The notes: a model not told the origin generated them from the letters alone. A stretch of 31,613 nucleotides of DNA from a virus (IMGVR_UViG_3300037484_000865:1-31613), one strand, 5' to 3'. Counted from the first letter of the stretch, positions 8,597 through 18,801 are shown. Translations and numbers: made by a program.

Positions 8597-9583
8597 TTAG
8601 ATGCCAATGTACCGGTCGTTCCACCGGAACTGTATTTCTGTCAATCCTATAATCGCATTCCCTGCGTATATTTCGATATTGTTTGCGCCACCAATCGCCC
8701 CTGGTTCTGGTTCAAGGTGAAAGGTAGACAGATCGCTATCGGTAGAAAGCGTGCCAATAATGTTTTCATCTGTCTCCACGACGTACACGCGCTTCCGTCC
8801 GTAATGTAGATCAACGTGTATATTGTAACCGGTTTGAAGATCGTAGTTGATGCGCAGAATCTCGCCAGTCGTTTTGTTTTCGATGATCACGCCCAACGCA
8901 GGTCCAGTGATGTAAATATCCGGGAACACCGTCCAGCTTCCGACTGTCGTACAAACGATACTTGAGAAGATGGAGCCAGAGTCAAACCGCAAACCTGTGG
9001 ACGTAACGCCGTACAGTCTGTTGTAAAGATCCAGGTCCGTGTAGGCAGGTCCAGTGACAGCGTTATAAAATACCAGCGAGTCGGATGTAGTCAGGGAAGC
9101 AGAGGCAATCTGTATCGTTGGATCATAGAACGTAGGATCAGGAGCGATAAAACGAATAGCCTCCTGGTATCCCCATTCGTCCCACCTGTCCAGGGAGCGC
9201 GCGGTGAATATAGGACCATCCTGGATAAACACATCGATGTCGCGCATGGAACCATCCTGGAAGATCTTGCGCAGAACTCCAGGCTCAAACGTACCTACCG
9301 TCTGGCGGTTCGGACGTAGCATATCCAGCACAGTAGAACGGTTTGCCCAGTACTCCTGTCGACTGCACCCATTCTGGCGGATGAGCATCTGGATCACGCG
9401 CGGCTCCAGGGCGTACCCAAGGTATGTTTCCCCATGCTGGTACGGACCCTTCTGCGTGATGTAACGAATGGATGGCATCCCCAGCCCTTCTTCCGACAGC
9501 AAGAACTTCGCGCCAGAAGTAAAGCGGTGAATAACGTTATCAGGAGAATGGTATTCGGTTATTTCGATCGTTGTACCGGCCAT
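8597..9583 (-). CDS. Distal tail protein (Dit)
   Basis: Directly after the tape measure gene; motifs GLGMP, PYQHG..Y, EPRVI, FIAPDPTFY, FPDIYITGP, LEP..GANNI, W.DRYIGI. Confidence 0.85.
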   Translation of the reverse strand: MAGTTIEITEYHSPDNVIHRFTSGAKFLLSEEGLGMPSIRYITQKGPYQHGETYLGYALEPRVIQMLIRQNGCSRQEYWANRSTVLDMLRPNRQTVGTFEPGVLRKIFQDGSMRDIDVFIQDGPIFTARSLDRWDEWGYQEAIRFIAPDPTFYDPTIQIASASLTTSDSLVFYNAVTGPAYTDLDLYNRLYGVTSTGLRFDSGSIFSSIVCTTVGSWTVFPDIYITGPALGVIIENKTTGEILRINYDLQTGYNIHVDLHYGRKRVYVVETDENIIGTLSTDSDLSTFHLEPEPGAIGGANNIEIYAGNAIIGLTEIQFRWNDRYIGI

Positions 9584-9607
9584 AACTGCCTACCTTATCG
9601 TATCAAC

Positions 9608-12600
9608 CTACAGGTTACTTGCCGCAAGCGCGGCGGTGATGTCGTAGTAAATGTCTACCGGCGACTGCGTGTTGGCGTAGTTGGCGTTCACGTTCACCTC
9701 AACCCTGCGGCTGTTGTCCACACTGGATGACATCGGAGCGGCACTGACACGTTGCTGTGCCGCGCTGAAACCTGCGAACGCTTTTTCGGACGTCTTTGCC
9801 AGCATGTTTGCGGAAGAACCCAAACCCTTTGCGAACCCTTCGATCGTCCATCTACCGTATTGCTCATACAGTTTAGACGGGCTTCCAAAACGCATTTCCG
9901 TCTCGAACTTGTCATTAAGACCCTGCGCAAACGAAGCGCCCGTATCCTTACCGGCTTGCTTGGCTGGTTTATTGGTTTTAGTTGTGCCTGTGCCTGTACC
10001 CGTGCCAGTTCCTGTGCCGCTGCCACCGCCAAAGAAAGGAATGTTTATCTCAGGCCATGCAATATCTTGAAGCAGTTTGATCCACTTGGCGATCTCCTGG
10101 CTGATCAAGGTTACCACGCCGCTGATAGAACTGCGCACGCCTTCGTACACCCCATCAAACGCGCCCTTCGCGCTTACGCGGAACGACTCGTACTTGTTCA
10201 GCACGTCCGTGGCGATCTGCTTGAGGAACTCAGGGATCTGTCCTTTTACGCCAACGATCTTTTCAATAATGTCCTTAAAGCCCTGCCTGATCTGGTCAAA
10301 CAGGTTATAGCCAGACGACTTGAACTTGGCGTATTGTTGCGTGATGGATGTGATGGTGCTGGTAAACCACAGCGATACAACCGCCTTGATCTGCTCGATC
10401 TTCTCCGCGATACCGGCACGAACATTGTCGAACAGGATCTGCGCCTGTTCTTTAAATATCGCCCAGTGTTCGGTAAATTTCGCTATCACGTCCAACAACC
10501 AAGCACCAACAGCCGCCAGCGCTTCCGCCAGTTTTGTGGTGATCACACCTACGATCTCGCTCATCATTTCCGGCACGATTGAGTTGCCAACCAGCTTGTT
10601 ATACAGGTCCACGAAGAACTCGATCACACTCTCCACGAACCCTGCCACAAATCCAACCACAGCCGCCAAAACGGTGGAGAAGGTGGCAGCAACGATCCCA
10701 AGCACAGTGACTACCGTACCAAGTATTGTTACGCCAAGCCATTCGAAGAATTTACCGATCTTCTCGATCGGGGTGCGCGCGTTCAGGAATGCATCACGCG
10801 CCTCATTCATGATCTCTACCATCTCGTCCAGGATCGGGGTAAAGAAAGCCAGCGTTCTTTGGGCAAACTCAATCGCCCTGGCCACGCCGTTGATGATGCC
10901 AGAGACGATCAACAGGCCCACTACGATCGGCGCTGATATTAGACCAAGCAGGAACTCAAGCACACCACCGAGAACTTCCCCACCACTTGGACCACCAATA
11001 TTGCTAAGTGCCTTGTTGAAGCGGTCCATGGCTTTACCGACATTGGCAAACGCGCCGCCGATCAAACCGCCAAAGAAGCGGAACGGCGGGACAACCTCTG
11101 TAATGATCCAGTTCTTTATGTTTGTAAACGCATCCTGGATCGGCTGGATAACATTGTCCTGCAAGGTTGTGCCAAGCTGGTCAAAGCTTTCCGCGCCAAA
11201 CAGTTCCGCGATTGTCTGCTTTAATTCCTCTTTCCAACTCAAGAAACGATCTACGGCGTCGCGCATGATCTGGTCAACAATACTATCCACATTGGGGATC
11301 TCAAATTCCTCCAGCGCACCGGTAAGATCCGCCAGCGAGTCACCCAAACCAGTCATGTCACCGCCAGCACCCGCACCTTCCTTTTTCTTCGCGAGGCTCT
11401 CCAGCAGATCCATCTGTTCGCGGATCAATTCGTTCTGCTGGATCTGTACTTCTATCAAGCCCTTCGCGGCAGCAAGCTGTTCTTCCGCAGCCGCTACTTG
11501 TGTCTCTGCGGTCTCCATCAGCAGTTTTTGCGTACGTTCCTGCTCTGCCGAACTCGCTTCTTCCGTGGCCCTCGCGTCGTCCACACGTTCCTGCGCGGCC
11601 CCTACCGCTACGTCCCTGGCCGCTTCTGTGTCGCGGATTTCCTGCTTGATCAGGATGGCGCGTTTCTTCATCTCCAACCGTTCACGTTCGCGGGTGGTTA
11701 GGATCTTGGTCGCCAGCGCCTTATCGATTTCCTCCAGTTCAAGCTTATCACTGTACTCGTCCGTCACTTCGGACAGCGCGTTCTTGAGCGCGTCCAGGCG
11801 GTCTTTGTACATATCTGTGATCCTGGTAAGATCCTCTTCCGCAGCTTTTGTAATCTCTTGCGCGGCATTCATGCGGTCCAGAGCGGCCACATACTGTCCA
11901 CCAAGATCGCGGACTGTGCCAGTCATTCCAGCCAGGATCTCCTGGTTGGAAGTCAGCATGGAGTTACCTATCTTTTGCGCAAGCGTCAGGTTCGTCTGCG
12001 CGGACTCCAGAGAGAACAGGGCGGTGAGGTACTTTGTAAATCCGAGCGGAGCATTGCCCATCGCGTCGGTGACTTTGTTTACCGCGTCTGACACGGACGT
12101 TAGACCTTTCCTTACTGCGTCGACCGCTTCCGCGATGGCTTTACGAGTGCCAAGGATGCGTGGAACAATGGCAGTCTCGTCCATGCTCAAGCCTTGCAGA
12201 CTGCGCGTAAAACTTTCCGTGATGGAGGCTACGTCCTGGAACAGGTCAAACGATTTCGACGAAAAGCCGCTCATGATCCCGGCCATAACCCGCGCGCCAA
12301 ACTGACCAATCAGCGGCTCGATAAACTGGCGTGCGTCGTACACCATATCGGATACTACTTTTGCCAGCGGGTTACCACCCGTACCAGCCGCGCCAGCACC
12401 TTTACTGATGCCGTTCTGGATTGCAGTACCGGTTGTTTTGGTAATGCTGTCCTCCAACGTACTGGAGGCACTCTCTACGCCAGCGGCGTACTCGCCAATC
12501 AAACCAGCACCCCACTGATCGATCAGCGGCGCGATCTTCGGTGGTGATCCGGGCGCAAAAAAGTTGGCGATTACTTTCGCGATCGCGCTGATTACCTGGA

Positions 12601-14239
12601 TGATCGCCTTGATCGCAGTCGCCATTCCTTTCGCGAACTGCGTTACCAGATTGTATCCCCAGGTGTGTCCATTATCCTGTATCTTTCCAAGAGTACCGGT
12701 AATCTTATCCGCGATCCCACGGATAAAAGCCGAGATCAGTGTGATCCCCTGGTGTATCCCAACCGCGAAGTCCGCCATTCCCTGCGCGACGCCCTTCGCG
12801 CCTTTGTTTACAAAACCAAGCGCCGTACCAAGTTGTCCAAGCGCGGGGAACAATTTGTTTTTTACGGAGTCCCAAACCAGCACGACAGAGCGGTTGAATA
12901 CGCCGCCCAGGATCATCGCGCCCTCTCTAAACCCCTTCATGGACTCAAGCACCTTACCCAGTGCCGCGCCCAGTGTGGTAGCTACCGGGCCAAGGAAGTC
13001 GACGCCCAGGAGGAGTTGGAACGTATCCTTGATGTTATCCCACACGCCGGAGAGCGTGGTTGCCATGGCTTTCGCGGAACCTTTGAAGTCGCGGTTGACC
13101 ATTGTGACGAATTTGCGGAAGAACGCTTCCACAGGTACGCCGCCCTCCAGGGCCATCTTCTCCATCTCTTGCGCGGTAGTACCGGCTTCCTCCGCCATCT
13201 CTGCCATAACGTCATGTACAGGCACAAAAGAAATGGCGAGGTCGCGGAACTCACGTCCGGTCAGCTTGCCCTGCTGTTGCATCTGCCCGAAGTTATAGAT
13301 GATCCGGTAGATGTGATCTTCCGTAAGACCCATCGCAGCGGCAAAGTCCAGTGTCGCGCCGGTCAATACCTGCGCTTCTTCGGACTGCAAACCGTAGGAG
13401 TTCGCCAGGGCCAGGGAACGCGCAACGTCCTCCGCCTTGAACGGGGTTGTCACGGCAATTTGGCGCACCCACTCCAGCAGTTGCTTTGCCTTTATGCTAG
13501 CCGCACCAAACGCAGATGGGATGTCTGTACCAAGCTCCTTTGAGATGTCCCTTTGCGCGATGGTACGGAACCGAATTTCCAACAACTGGAACGAGGAGGC
13601 GGCTTTGACCGCCTCTTCTCCCAGCGTTTTTACCTGATTGCCAAGCCACAGGATCATGCGGCCAAACACGTACCCGCCAGCAACGTTAAAAACCTGCTCG
13701 AACTTACCCAGCGTCGCGGAGAACAACTTGCCAAACGCGCCCGTAACGGAACCAATAATTCCGCTGACCGCGCTCAGTCCCTGTCCAGCGACCCCTGCTA
13801 CGATACCCAGCTTACTAAAACCACCTCCCACCAGGGAGATGATCTTATTCAAATTCAGGCCGCTTCCACCAGCCTTATCCATGTCCTGCGGTTTCTTTTG
13901 CAGTTCCTGGTCAGCACCGGTAGCCGCCTGTGTCATGCTGGCGAAGCCTTGCGTCAGTTGCGACAGCCCCGAAACAGCCGTATGTGTGCCCTGCGTAATC
14001 CCATTCATGGATGTCGTGAGACGATTTGCGACATCCGCAGTGGAAACAAACTTACCGTTGGCATCGCGCCAACGTTGCATTTGTTTGTCCAGCGTAGCGC
14101 CCATGATATTGAGCTTACCGCTGGCTAGACTGACCGAGTTCCCGATGGTGTTGAGGCCCTGATTGATCTGGCCTACACCGCCCAGGAAGCTGGACAATCC
14201 CTCGATTACTGCCTGTACACCATATTGCTCAAGGGCCAT
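9608..14239 (-). CDS. Tail tape measure protein
   Basis: 1543 aa, helical and Ala/Gly-rich. Contains a tape-measure domain (IAVTTPF...FGQMQQQGKLTGREFRDL), coiled coil, hydrophobic segments and GSPSK motif; canonical position. Confidence 0.95.
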   Translation of the reverse strand: MALEQYGVQAVIEGLSSFLGGVGQINQGLNTIGNSVSLASGKLNIMGATLDKQMQRWRDANGKFVSTADVANRLTTSMNGITQGTHTAVSGLSQLTQGFASMTQAATGADQELQKKPQDMDKAGGSGLNLNKIISLVGGGFSKLGIVAGVAGQGLSAVSGIIGSVTGAFGKLFSATLGKFEQVFNVAGGYVFGRMILWLGNQVKTLGEEAVKAASSFQLLEIRFRTIAQRDISKELGTDIPSAFGAASIKAKQLLEWVRQIAVTTPFKAEDVARSLALANSYGLQSEEAQVLTGATLDFAAAMGLTEDHIYRIIYNFGQMQQQGKLTGREFRDLAISFVPVHDVMAEMAEEAGTTAQEMEKMALEGGVPVEAFFRKFVTMVNRDFKGSAKAMATTLSGVWDNIKDTFQLLLGVDFLGPVATTLGAALGKVLESMKGFREGAMILGGVFNRSVVLVWDSVKNKLFPALGQLGTALGFVNKGAKGVAQGMADFAVGIHQGITLISAFIRGIADKITGTLGKIQDNGHTWGYNLVTQFAKGMATAIKAIIQVISAIAKVIANFFAPGSPPKIAPLIDQWGAGLIGEYAAGVESASSTLEDSITKTTGTAIQNGISKGAGAAGTGGNPLAKVVSDMVYDARQFIEPLIGQFGARVMAGIMSGFSSKSFDLFQDVASITESFTRSLQGLSMDETAIVPRILGTRKAIAEAVDAVRKGLTSVSDAVNKVTDAMGNAPLGFTKYLTALFSLESAQTNLTLAQKIGNSMLTSNQEILAGMTGTVRDLGGQYVAALDRMNAAQEITKAAEEDLTRITDMYKDRLDALKNALSEVTDEYSDKLELEEIDKALATKILTTRERERLEMKKRAILIKQEIRDTEAARDVAVGAAQERVDDARATEEASSAEQERTQKLLMETAETQVAAAEEQLAAAKGLIEVQIQQNELIREQMDLLESLAKKKEGAGAGGDMTGLGDSLADLTGALEEFEIPNVDSIVDQIMRDAVDRFLSWKEELKQTIAELFGAESFDQLGTTLQDNVIQPIQDAFTNIKNWIITEVVPPFRFFGGLIGGAFANVGKAMDRFNKALSNIGGPSGGEVLGGVLEFLLGLISAPIVVGLLIVSGIINGVARAIEFAQRTLAFFTPILDEMVEIMNEARDAFLNARTPIEKIGKFFEWLGVTILGTVVTVLGIVAATFSTVLAAVVGFVAGFVESVIEFFVDLYNKLVGNSIVPEMMSEIVGVITTKLAEALAAVGAWLLDVIAKFTEHWAIFKEQAQILFDNVRAGIAEKIEQIKAVVSLWFTSTITSITQQYAKFKSSGYNLFDQIRQGFKDIIEKIVGVKGQIPEFLKQIATDVLNKYESFRVSAKGAFDGVYEGVRSSISGVVTLISQEIAKWIKLLQDIAWPEINIPFFGGGSGTGTGTGTGTGTTKTNKPAKQAGKDTGASFAQGLNDKFETEMRFGSPSKLYEQYGRWTIEGFAKGLGSSANMLAKTSEKAFAGFSAAQQRVSAAPMSSSVDNSRRVEVNVNANYANTQSPVDIYYDITAALAASNL

Positions 14240-14254
14240 ACTACACCTGCCTAA

Positions 14255-14530
14255 TTAGTGCTTCTGCTTGGCTTCTTGCGCCTGTTTTCTAGCCACAGCG
14301 TCATTTGCATGGAGTTCGATTAGTTTGTGCAGACTGCTCCAGGCGATGATCTTTGCCCTAAACCACAATGGGTATCCGTTCTGTTCCCACTTGTACAACT
14401 CATCCAGTGTGGCTCCAGCAGACACCGCCGCTTCAATCTCCGCGAAACCGTTAGAGTAGGATATACCCGTCTCTACACTGTTTCTTACGTTGGCATCCTT
14501 AATCGCTACGCCGTTTCGAGTTACCGCGAA
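14255..14530 (-). CDS. Tail assembly chaperone C-terminal extension (gpT-like), probably expressed by frameshift
   Basis: Overlaps the end of the upstream chaperone ORF in the +1 frame, has only a poorly spaced TTG start, and sits directly before the tape measure gene. Confidence 0.7.
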   Translation of the reverse strand, partial: FAVTRNGVAIKDANVRNSVETGISYSNGFAEIEAAVSAGATLDELYKWEQNGYPLWFRAKIIAWSSLHKLIELHANDAVARKQAQEAKQKH

Positions 14531-15047
14531 AATTATCCTCGGCCCGTGCAACAGCCTCCGGTGTCAGCGTGCTCATCTGTCCGATCTTGGTAATCATTTC
14601 ATTATCGGCGGCGATGTATCGCTTATACAGAAATTCGAGGTCAAATGGATCCTCCAGATCGTACGATGAAAGATCCACCTGACCTCGTTTTTCCATAAAC
14701 TTGAGCTTCTTCAACCAATCGGAATTTTCTGGCAGACCGTCTACCAGTTCCAGGCCGAACATGACCATCGCGTCCATCACGGCCATGCCGCGCTCACGGT
14801 TCGCCCTATCCATACCCTTGATGTATTTCGGGTCATCGGGATTGGGTTCATCGCGATCTTTGGTTTCGTTATGCCACATCGGCACTTCCGGATCAAGAAC
14901 CCGGCTGCTAACTTCCTCGATGATCGCGGTAGACACAGGCGTTAGCCGGACTCTTACACCCGTTTGGGTGGTTACGGTCTGACTACTGCCCGTTTGCGTA
15001 GCGACTTCTTTCGCCACTTCGACAGCAACGTTCTTTGTTTCAGGCAT
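14499..15047 (-). CDS. Tail assembly chaperone (gpG-like), 182 aa
   Basis: Lies between tail tube and tape measure genes; GGAG SD before ATG 15047 (MPETKNVAVE). Confidence 0.75.
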   Translation of the reverse strand: MPETKNVAVEVAKEVATQTGSSQTVTTQTGVRVRLTPVSTAIIEEVSSRVLDPEVPMWHNETKDRDEPNPDDPKYIKGMDRANRERGMAVMDAMVMFGLELVDGLPENSDWLKKLKFMEKRGQVDLSSYDLEDPFDLEFLYKRYIAADNEMITKIGQMSTLTPEAVARAEDNFRGNSKRRSD

Positions 15048-15069
15048 TTTCAATTCTCCAATTGGTGTA

Positions 15070-15090
15070 TGCCCCGCTGTATGCGGGGCA
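15070..15090 (-). terminator. GC-rich hairpin after the tail tube gene (attenuator or stability element)
   Basis: TGCCCCGC-N5-GCGGGGCA with no U-tract on the - strand. Confidence 0.45.
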
Positions 15091-15111
15091 CAATTTATGA
15101 TACTTCCAGTT

Positions 15112-16596
15112 TTAGCTTGAAGTACCCTTGACGATGATCCCGTCTGATCCGCCACCGTCCAGCCCTGCGGCAAAGACGAGGTTGGCATTGTCCGAGCAGA
15201 CTGCAATAGCATTAAACTTGTCAGCCACCGGGACTGAGCCAGAACCTTCCGGCATCACGTTCCATGTGTACCCACCATTGTAGGTGCGGTGAATAACACC
15301 CAACGTTGCAGCGGTTGTATGGGCCATATAGCCAACGGAACCGGTCGAGAAAGCAATCGCTTCCACCGAGCCAGAGCCGGAGCCACTGAACGATTTGGTC
15401 GTCCAGGTCGTGCCGGTGTCCTCTGTGTAATACAGGTTGCCGGTCGCGCCACCAACATACCACGTGGTCTTAGATTTCATCCACACGCAGTTGAGGTTTA
15501 CAGCGGCAGGAGCGGTTGCCAGATTGAAGTTCACACCGTCCTGAGAGTAAATCACCGCACCAGCATCGCCAACCGCAACCACATAGTCAGCGTCCAAAGC
15601 ATGGACGTTGTTTAGGTTTTGGGTGGTAGCCGCACCAGCTTCCAGTTCCGTGATAGAACCGGTTGGGCTGGTCATCTTGTAGACATACCCGCCATCCGCG
15701 ACGATGAACGCCACGTTGCCTAGCGAGAAGATGTCGTTCGGAGCCTGAGCGAGGGCGACCTCAGTCCAGGTAGGAACGGCGGTTGCGGTGAACTGGCTTT
15801 TCAGCGCGTAGCTATAGGAACTCGCACCGTTTGACGTGACCACAACGTAGTTGCCTACAGCGGCGATAGCACTTGGTTCTTGCACGTTAGTAAGTGTGTC
15901 AACGTCACGAGCAATAACGGTTGTACCACTGATCTTAATCACATCAGCAGGGGTGGAAGCGGAACCACCAGCGGCCTTTGTTACCGCAAAGTAGGTGGTG
16001 CAGCCATCGGACTCATCACCGCATTCCTCACCAGCGCAAGCTTTTGAGTCAGCCAGCGTGATGTCGACAACTTCATTGGTGATGGTGGAGCCAGCAACGG
16101 TTGTGAAGATCAGTGGGCGGATTTCGTACACCGTGGTAGCTGAAACATCCACGGTTTCATTCACGACCGCATTGTCGTCGGACTGCAACGCACCAAGATC
16201 TTCCGTGCCATAGTTGGTAACATACGCCTCTTCCAACACGATCGCTTTTGTGAAAGTGTCAAAAGTTGACGGGTCACCGCACGAGCCAAGGTGCAGTTGT
16301 ACGTCGAACGCGCAACCATTGCGAGCAAGCGACAGCATGGACGAAAGCAGGTCCATGTAATAGCGACCCTCAAGCGTGGTAGTCACACGTTCTGACGCGC
16401 CACGAATTTGGGCCACTTCTACGAATTTCCCGTAGTTGTACGGGTCCGGGCACTCAACCCGCTCGATGTCACCGAAACCTTGAGAGAGGCCAGTCATGCG
16501 GAAGCACGACTCGTAGGATGGGGCCGCTTCCGGGCCAGCCCGACCTTCAATCAGGAATACACGGCTGTTCGAGGCTTGCAAAACTTTGTTAGCCAT
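15112..16596 (-). CDS. Major tail (tube) protein with C-terminal Asp-box/YCF48-like beta-propeller
   Basis: Position before chaperones and tape measure. About 165-aa tube-like N-domain, then Asp-box repeats YSQDGVNF, YTEDTGTTW, RTYNGGYTW. AAAGGA SD. Confidence 0.7.
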   Translation of the reverse strand: MANKVLQASNSRVFLIEGRAGPEAAPSYESCFRMTGLSQGFGDIERVECPDPYNYGKFVEVAQIRGASERVTTTLEGRYYMDLLSSMLSLARNGCAFDVQLHLGSCGDPSTFDTFTKAIVLEEAYVTNYGTEDLGALQSDDNAVVNETVDVSATTVYEIRPLIFTTVAGSTITNEVVDITLADSKACAGEECGDESDGCTTYFAVTKAAGGSASTPADVIKISGTTVIARDVDTLTNVQEPSAIAAVGNYVVVTSNGASSYSYALKSQFTATAVPTWTEVALAQAPNDIFSLGNVAFIVADGGYVYKMTSPTGSITELEAGAATTQNLNNVHALDADYVVAVGDAGAVIYSQDGVNFNLATAPAAVNLNCVWMKSKTTWYVGGATGNLYYTEDTGTTWTTKSFSGSGSGSVEAIAFSTGSVGYMAHTTAATLGVIHRTYNGGYTWNVMPEGSGSVPVADKFNAIAVCSDNANLVFAAGLDGGGSDGIIVKGTSS

Positions 16597-16602
16597 AGTA
16601 AC

Positions 16603-16914
16603 CTATCCTTTTCCAACCGACTCAATCGGTTTGGGCTTGTTCCAATCGTCACGATAAAGGACAATCAAGTGCCGCTTGAAAATGGACAGAGCGATACCCA
16701 CGCCGTTCGGATCTCTCTGCACATCGTCCCACGTATAAAGACCATGCCGCGCAAGCGCGTTATTGATCTCCAACTTGAGTGCCTCCCAGTCTAGCTGGTC
16801 CAGTTCTGGTGGTCCATAAGGAACACCATGCGGGGCCATGCTTGGTTCCGCGCTATTCGGGATCGCGGAGCGGTGCATTCGACCCTCTTTGTCCGTCCAG
16901 TTGACCAACTTCAT
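16603..16914 (-). CDS. Hypothetical protein in the neck/tail region
   Basis: 103 aa, AAGGAG SD, tightly packed in the operon. Confidence 0.75.
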   Translation of the reverse strand: MKLVNWTDKEGRMHRSAIPNSAEPSMAPHGVPYGPPELDQLDWEALKLEINNALARHGLYTWDDVQRDPNGVGIALSIFKRHLIVLYRDDWNKPKPIESVGKG

Positions 16915-16923
16915 ACTTGCTCC

Positions 16924-18255
16924 TTATATCACTGCGAAACTTACGCGGCGATCCCGCACTAACTTAGAGATGCGTCTCCACGCCATAACTTCGCCTCTCT
17001 TCGTACCCAGCGGGTTAGCGATAATTTGGACAGGTGTAAAAAATCCTCTTCCACCTTCCGATAATGTCAAATCTTCCGACAGTTTATCCGCAAGATCAGC
17101 AGGACTTTGACATCCGCATAATGGGCGAGTAAGTCTTGCGGTTGCGCACCATGCGATGGTTTGCGCCCAAAAATCCGATAACGGATCTGTGGTGTAGCCT
17201 TTAAGGAACTCGTTAGAATACTCACCTGAATAATAGTATAACCGAACATAGTCGGACATAACACCCTCTGTCCAGATGTTTGTCAACCACTGCGTACTGG
17301 TTGTACTATATGTAGCAGGTACAGGAATGACGATACCGTTCGGACCGTTGTTGACCATCATCATGCCGTTCTGTTCGTTGGTAAAACCGGTGCTACAGGC
17401 ATTGGATAGACCTGCACCCTGCCATACAAACTCTGCGGTAGTAACGGTGTCATCGTTGTATTCTCGGTACACATCCACGCTCGGCACATAGTTTACTGCG
17501 GTAGATATGTCGATTGCACGGAACCCAAGATCAGTGGGATAATCCGAAAGGATAGCTGGATCAAGAAGCGTCCAGGCTTCCAGACGGATGGTCACGATGC
17601 CACCAGAGATGGTTTTGGACTTGATTGGGCGAACTTCCCATTCCCGCTCCCCATCATGTCCCGTAAAATACAGCTTAATTTCACCCGTCATGGTTAAGGA
17701 AGTTGCCATGTTGATCACAGCCACTTCCTCCACACCATCACCATCCAGATCCTGATACGCCAGCGATCCACTGTTGACAGTAGCAGTACCAATCAGGGTC
17801 AGCGCGCGCTTTCCACCATTGATAATCTTGCGCTTATCTGCCTGGACTTTCTTTGCTTCCCCACGAATATCCAGACCATCCGAATGGTACTCGCGCGCAA
17901 ACTCCCTTGGCATCTCGTGCACTTCCTGCTCTACCCAATCCGGTGAAGGGAAGTAGCCAACCAGCCCGATAATATCCTGCTCCGCGCTTTGGATCGCATA
18001 GGCCAGTTCCTCATGTGATACCTGATCGCTGTTTTGCCATGAGAAGCGCGGCCATACATTGCTGCAATTTGAGATTGGGAATACGACAGGGGATAAATTT
18101 GGTGCGTAGGCGCGGCAAAAATGGGCAGGGTTAATGCCCATAATTTTAGCCCAGCGACCAAGAGAGAGGTGCGTCCAGGGGAGCGGCAGACCGCCGCTGT
18201 TGATGGGTGGCGCGCTGGTAACCGGTGTTCCTGTGGTCCCGCCAGAAGATGCCAT
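16924..18255 (-). CDS. Large virion protein, possibly head-tail connector/adaptor
   Basis: 443 aa, AGGAG SD. ELAYAIQSAEQDIIGLVGY and a C-terminal helical region recall adaptor proteins with inserted beta domains. The call is positional. Confidence 0.5.
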   Translation of the reverse strand: MASSGGTTGTPVTSAPPINSGGLPLPWTHLSLGRWAKIMGINPAHFCRAYAPNLSPVVFPISNCSNVWPRFSWQNSDQVSHEELAYAIQSAEQDIIGLVGYFPSPDWVEQEVHEMPREFAREYHSDGLDIRGEAKKVQADKRKIINGGKRALTLIGTATVNSGSLAYQDLDGDGVEEVAVINMATSLTMTGEIKLYFTGHDGEREWEVRPIKSKTISGGIVTIRLEAWTLLDPAILSDYPTDLGFRAIDISTAVNYVPSVDVYREYNDDTVTTAEFVWQGAGLSNACSTGFTNEQNGMMMVNNGPNGIVIPVPATYSTTSTQWLTNIWTEGVMSDYVRLYYYSGEYSNEFLKGYTTDPLSDFWAQTIAWCATARLTRPLCGCQSPADLADKLSEDLTLSEGGRGFFTPVQIIANPLGTKRGEVMAWRRISKLVRDRRVSFAVI

Positions 18256-18270
18256 TTGTTTTTCTCCTGC

Positions 18271-18801
18271 TTAAGACACGACCTCCGTGTCCGGGTTGGT
18301 AAACGAGTAACCTGCTTTCTCTGTCCAGAAGTAATACGTACCTGGATCCAGTCTTGGCAGATCTCCATCCGTGTCTCTTGCGACGCCCATCGCATCCGTG
18401 ACGCCTACCCACACAACCGAAGTACCGGCTAAATCAATTGTACACCAAACAGACACGCCTTCAATCGGCAAAAGCGTTGTCGTGTCCGTGACTGTGTAGG
18501 TAAACTCAATCGCATTTACGGTGCGGTCCAGCACGGTATATTCCAGGTTTTGTTGGATTGCACCCGCGCCTGTGACTGCTACAGACAGCGGCCCTGGCGT
18601 ATCTGTCTCACCAACGGTTAGCAAATACCAGTACCACCCACTGCCGATCTCTCCCATTGTTCCCGCGCTGGCAACAAAGATCCCACCCGCTTTGGACAGC
18701 CCGACTGTCATGGTTCCGTCCAGGCCCAGCACCTCTGTGCCGCTCAAGTCAACCATAACAAACGTAATCATTTGTGTCTGAGACCGTCTTAGTTCAAACA
18801 T
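18271..18801 (-). CDS. Beta-sandwich (Ig/prealbumin-like) putative virion protein, 176 aa
   Basis: TAATG coupling at 18801 (MFELRRS). Motifs GEIGSGWY, PIEGVSV..GVTDAMG..LDPGTYYFW.EKAGYSF. Confidence 0.65.
   Translation of the reverse strand: MFELRRSQTQMITFVMVDLSGTEVLGLDGTMTVGLSKAGGIFVASAGTMGEIGSGWYWYLLTVGETDTPGPLSVAVTGAGAIQQNLEYTVLDRTVNAIEFTYTVTDTTTLLPIEGVSVWCTIDLAGTSVVWVGVTDAMGVARDTDGDLPRLDPGTYYFWTEKAGYSFTNPDTEVVS

Noticed and set aside
9984-10030. (GT)n Gly-Thr run in the tape measure C-terminus
   Set aside because: Synonymous codons vary; an ordinary flexible linker, not a slippage tract.
10320-12305. 661-aa + strand ORF and other long + strand ORFs inside the tape measure gene
   Set aside because: Antisense shadows of a codon-biased gene; Ser-rich, with no SD or recognisable motifs.
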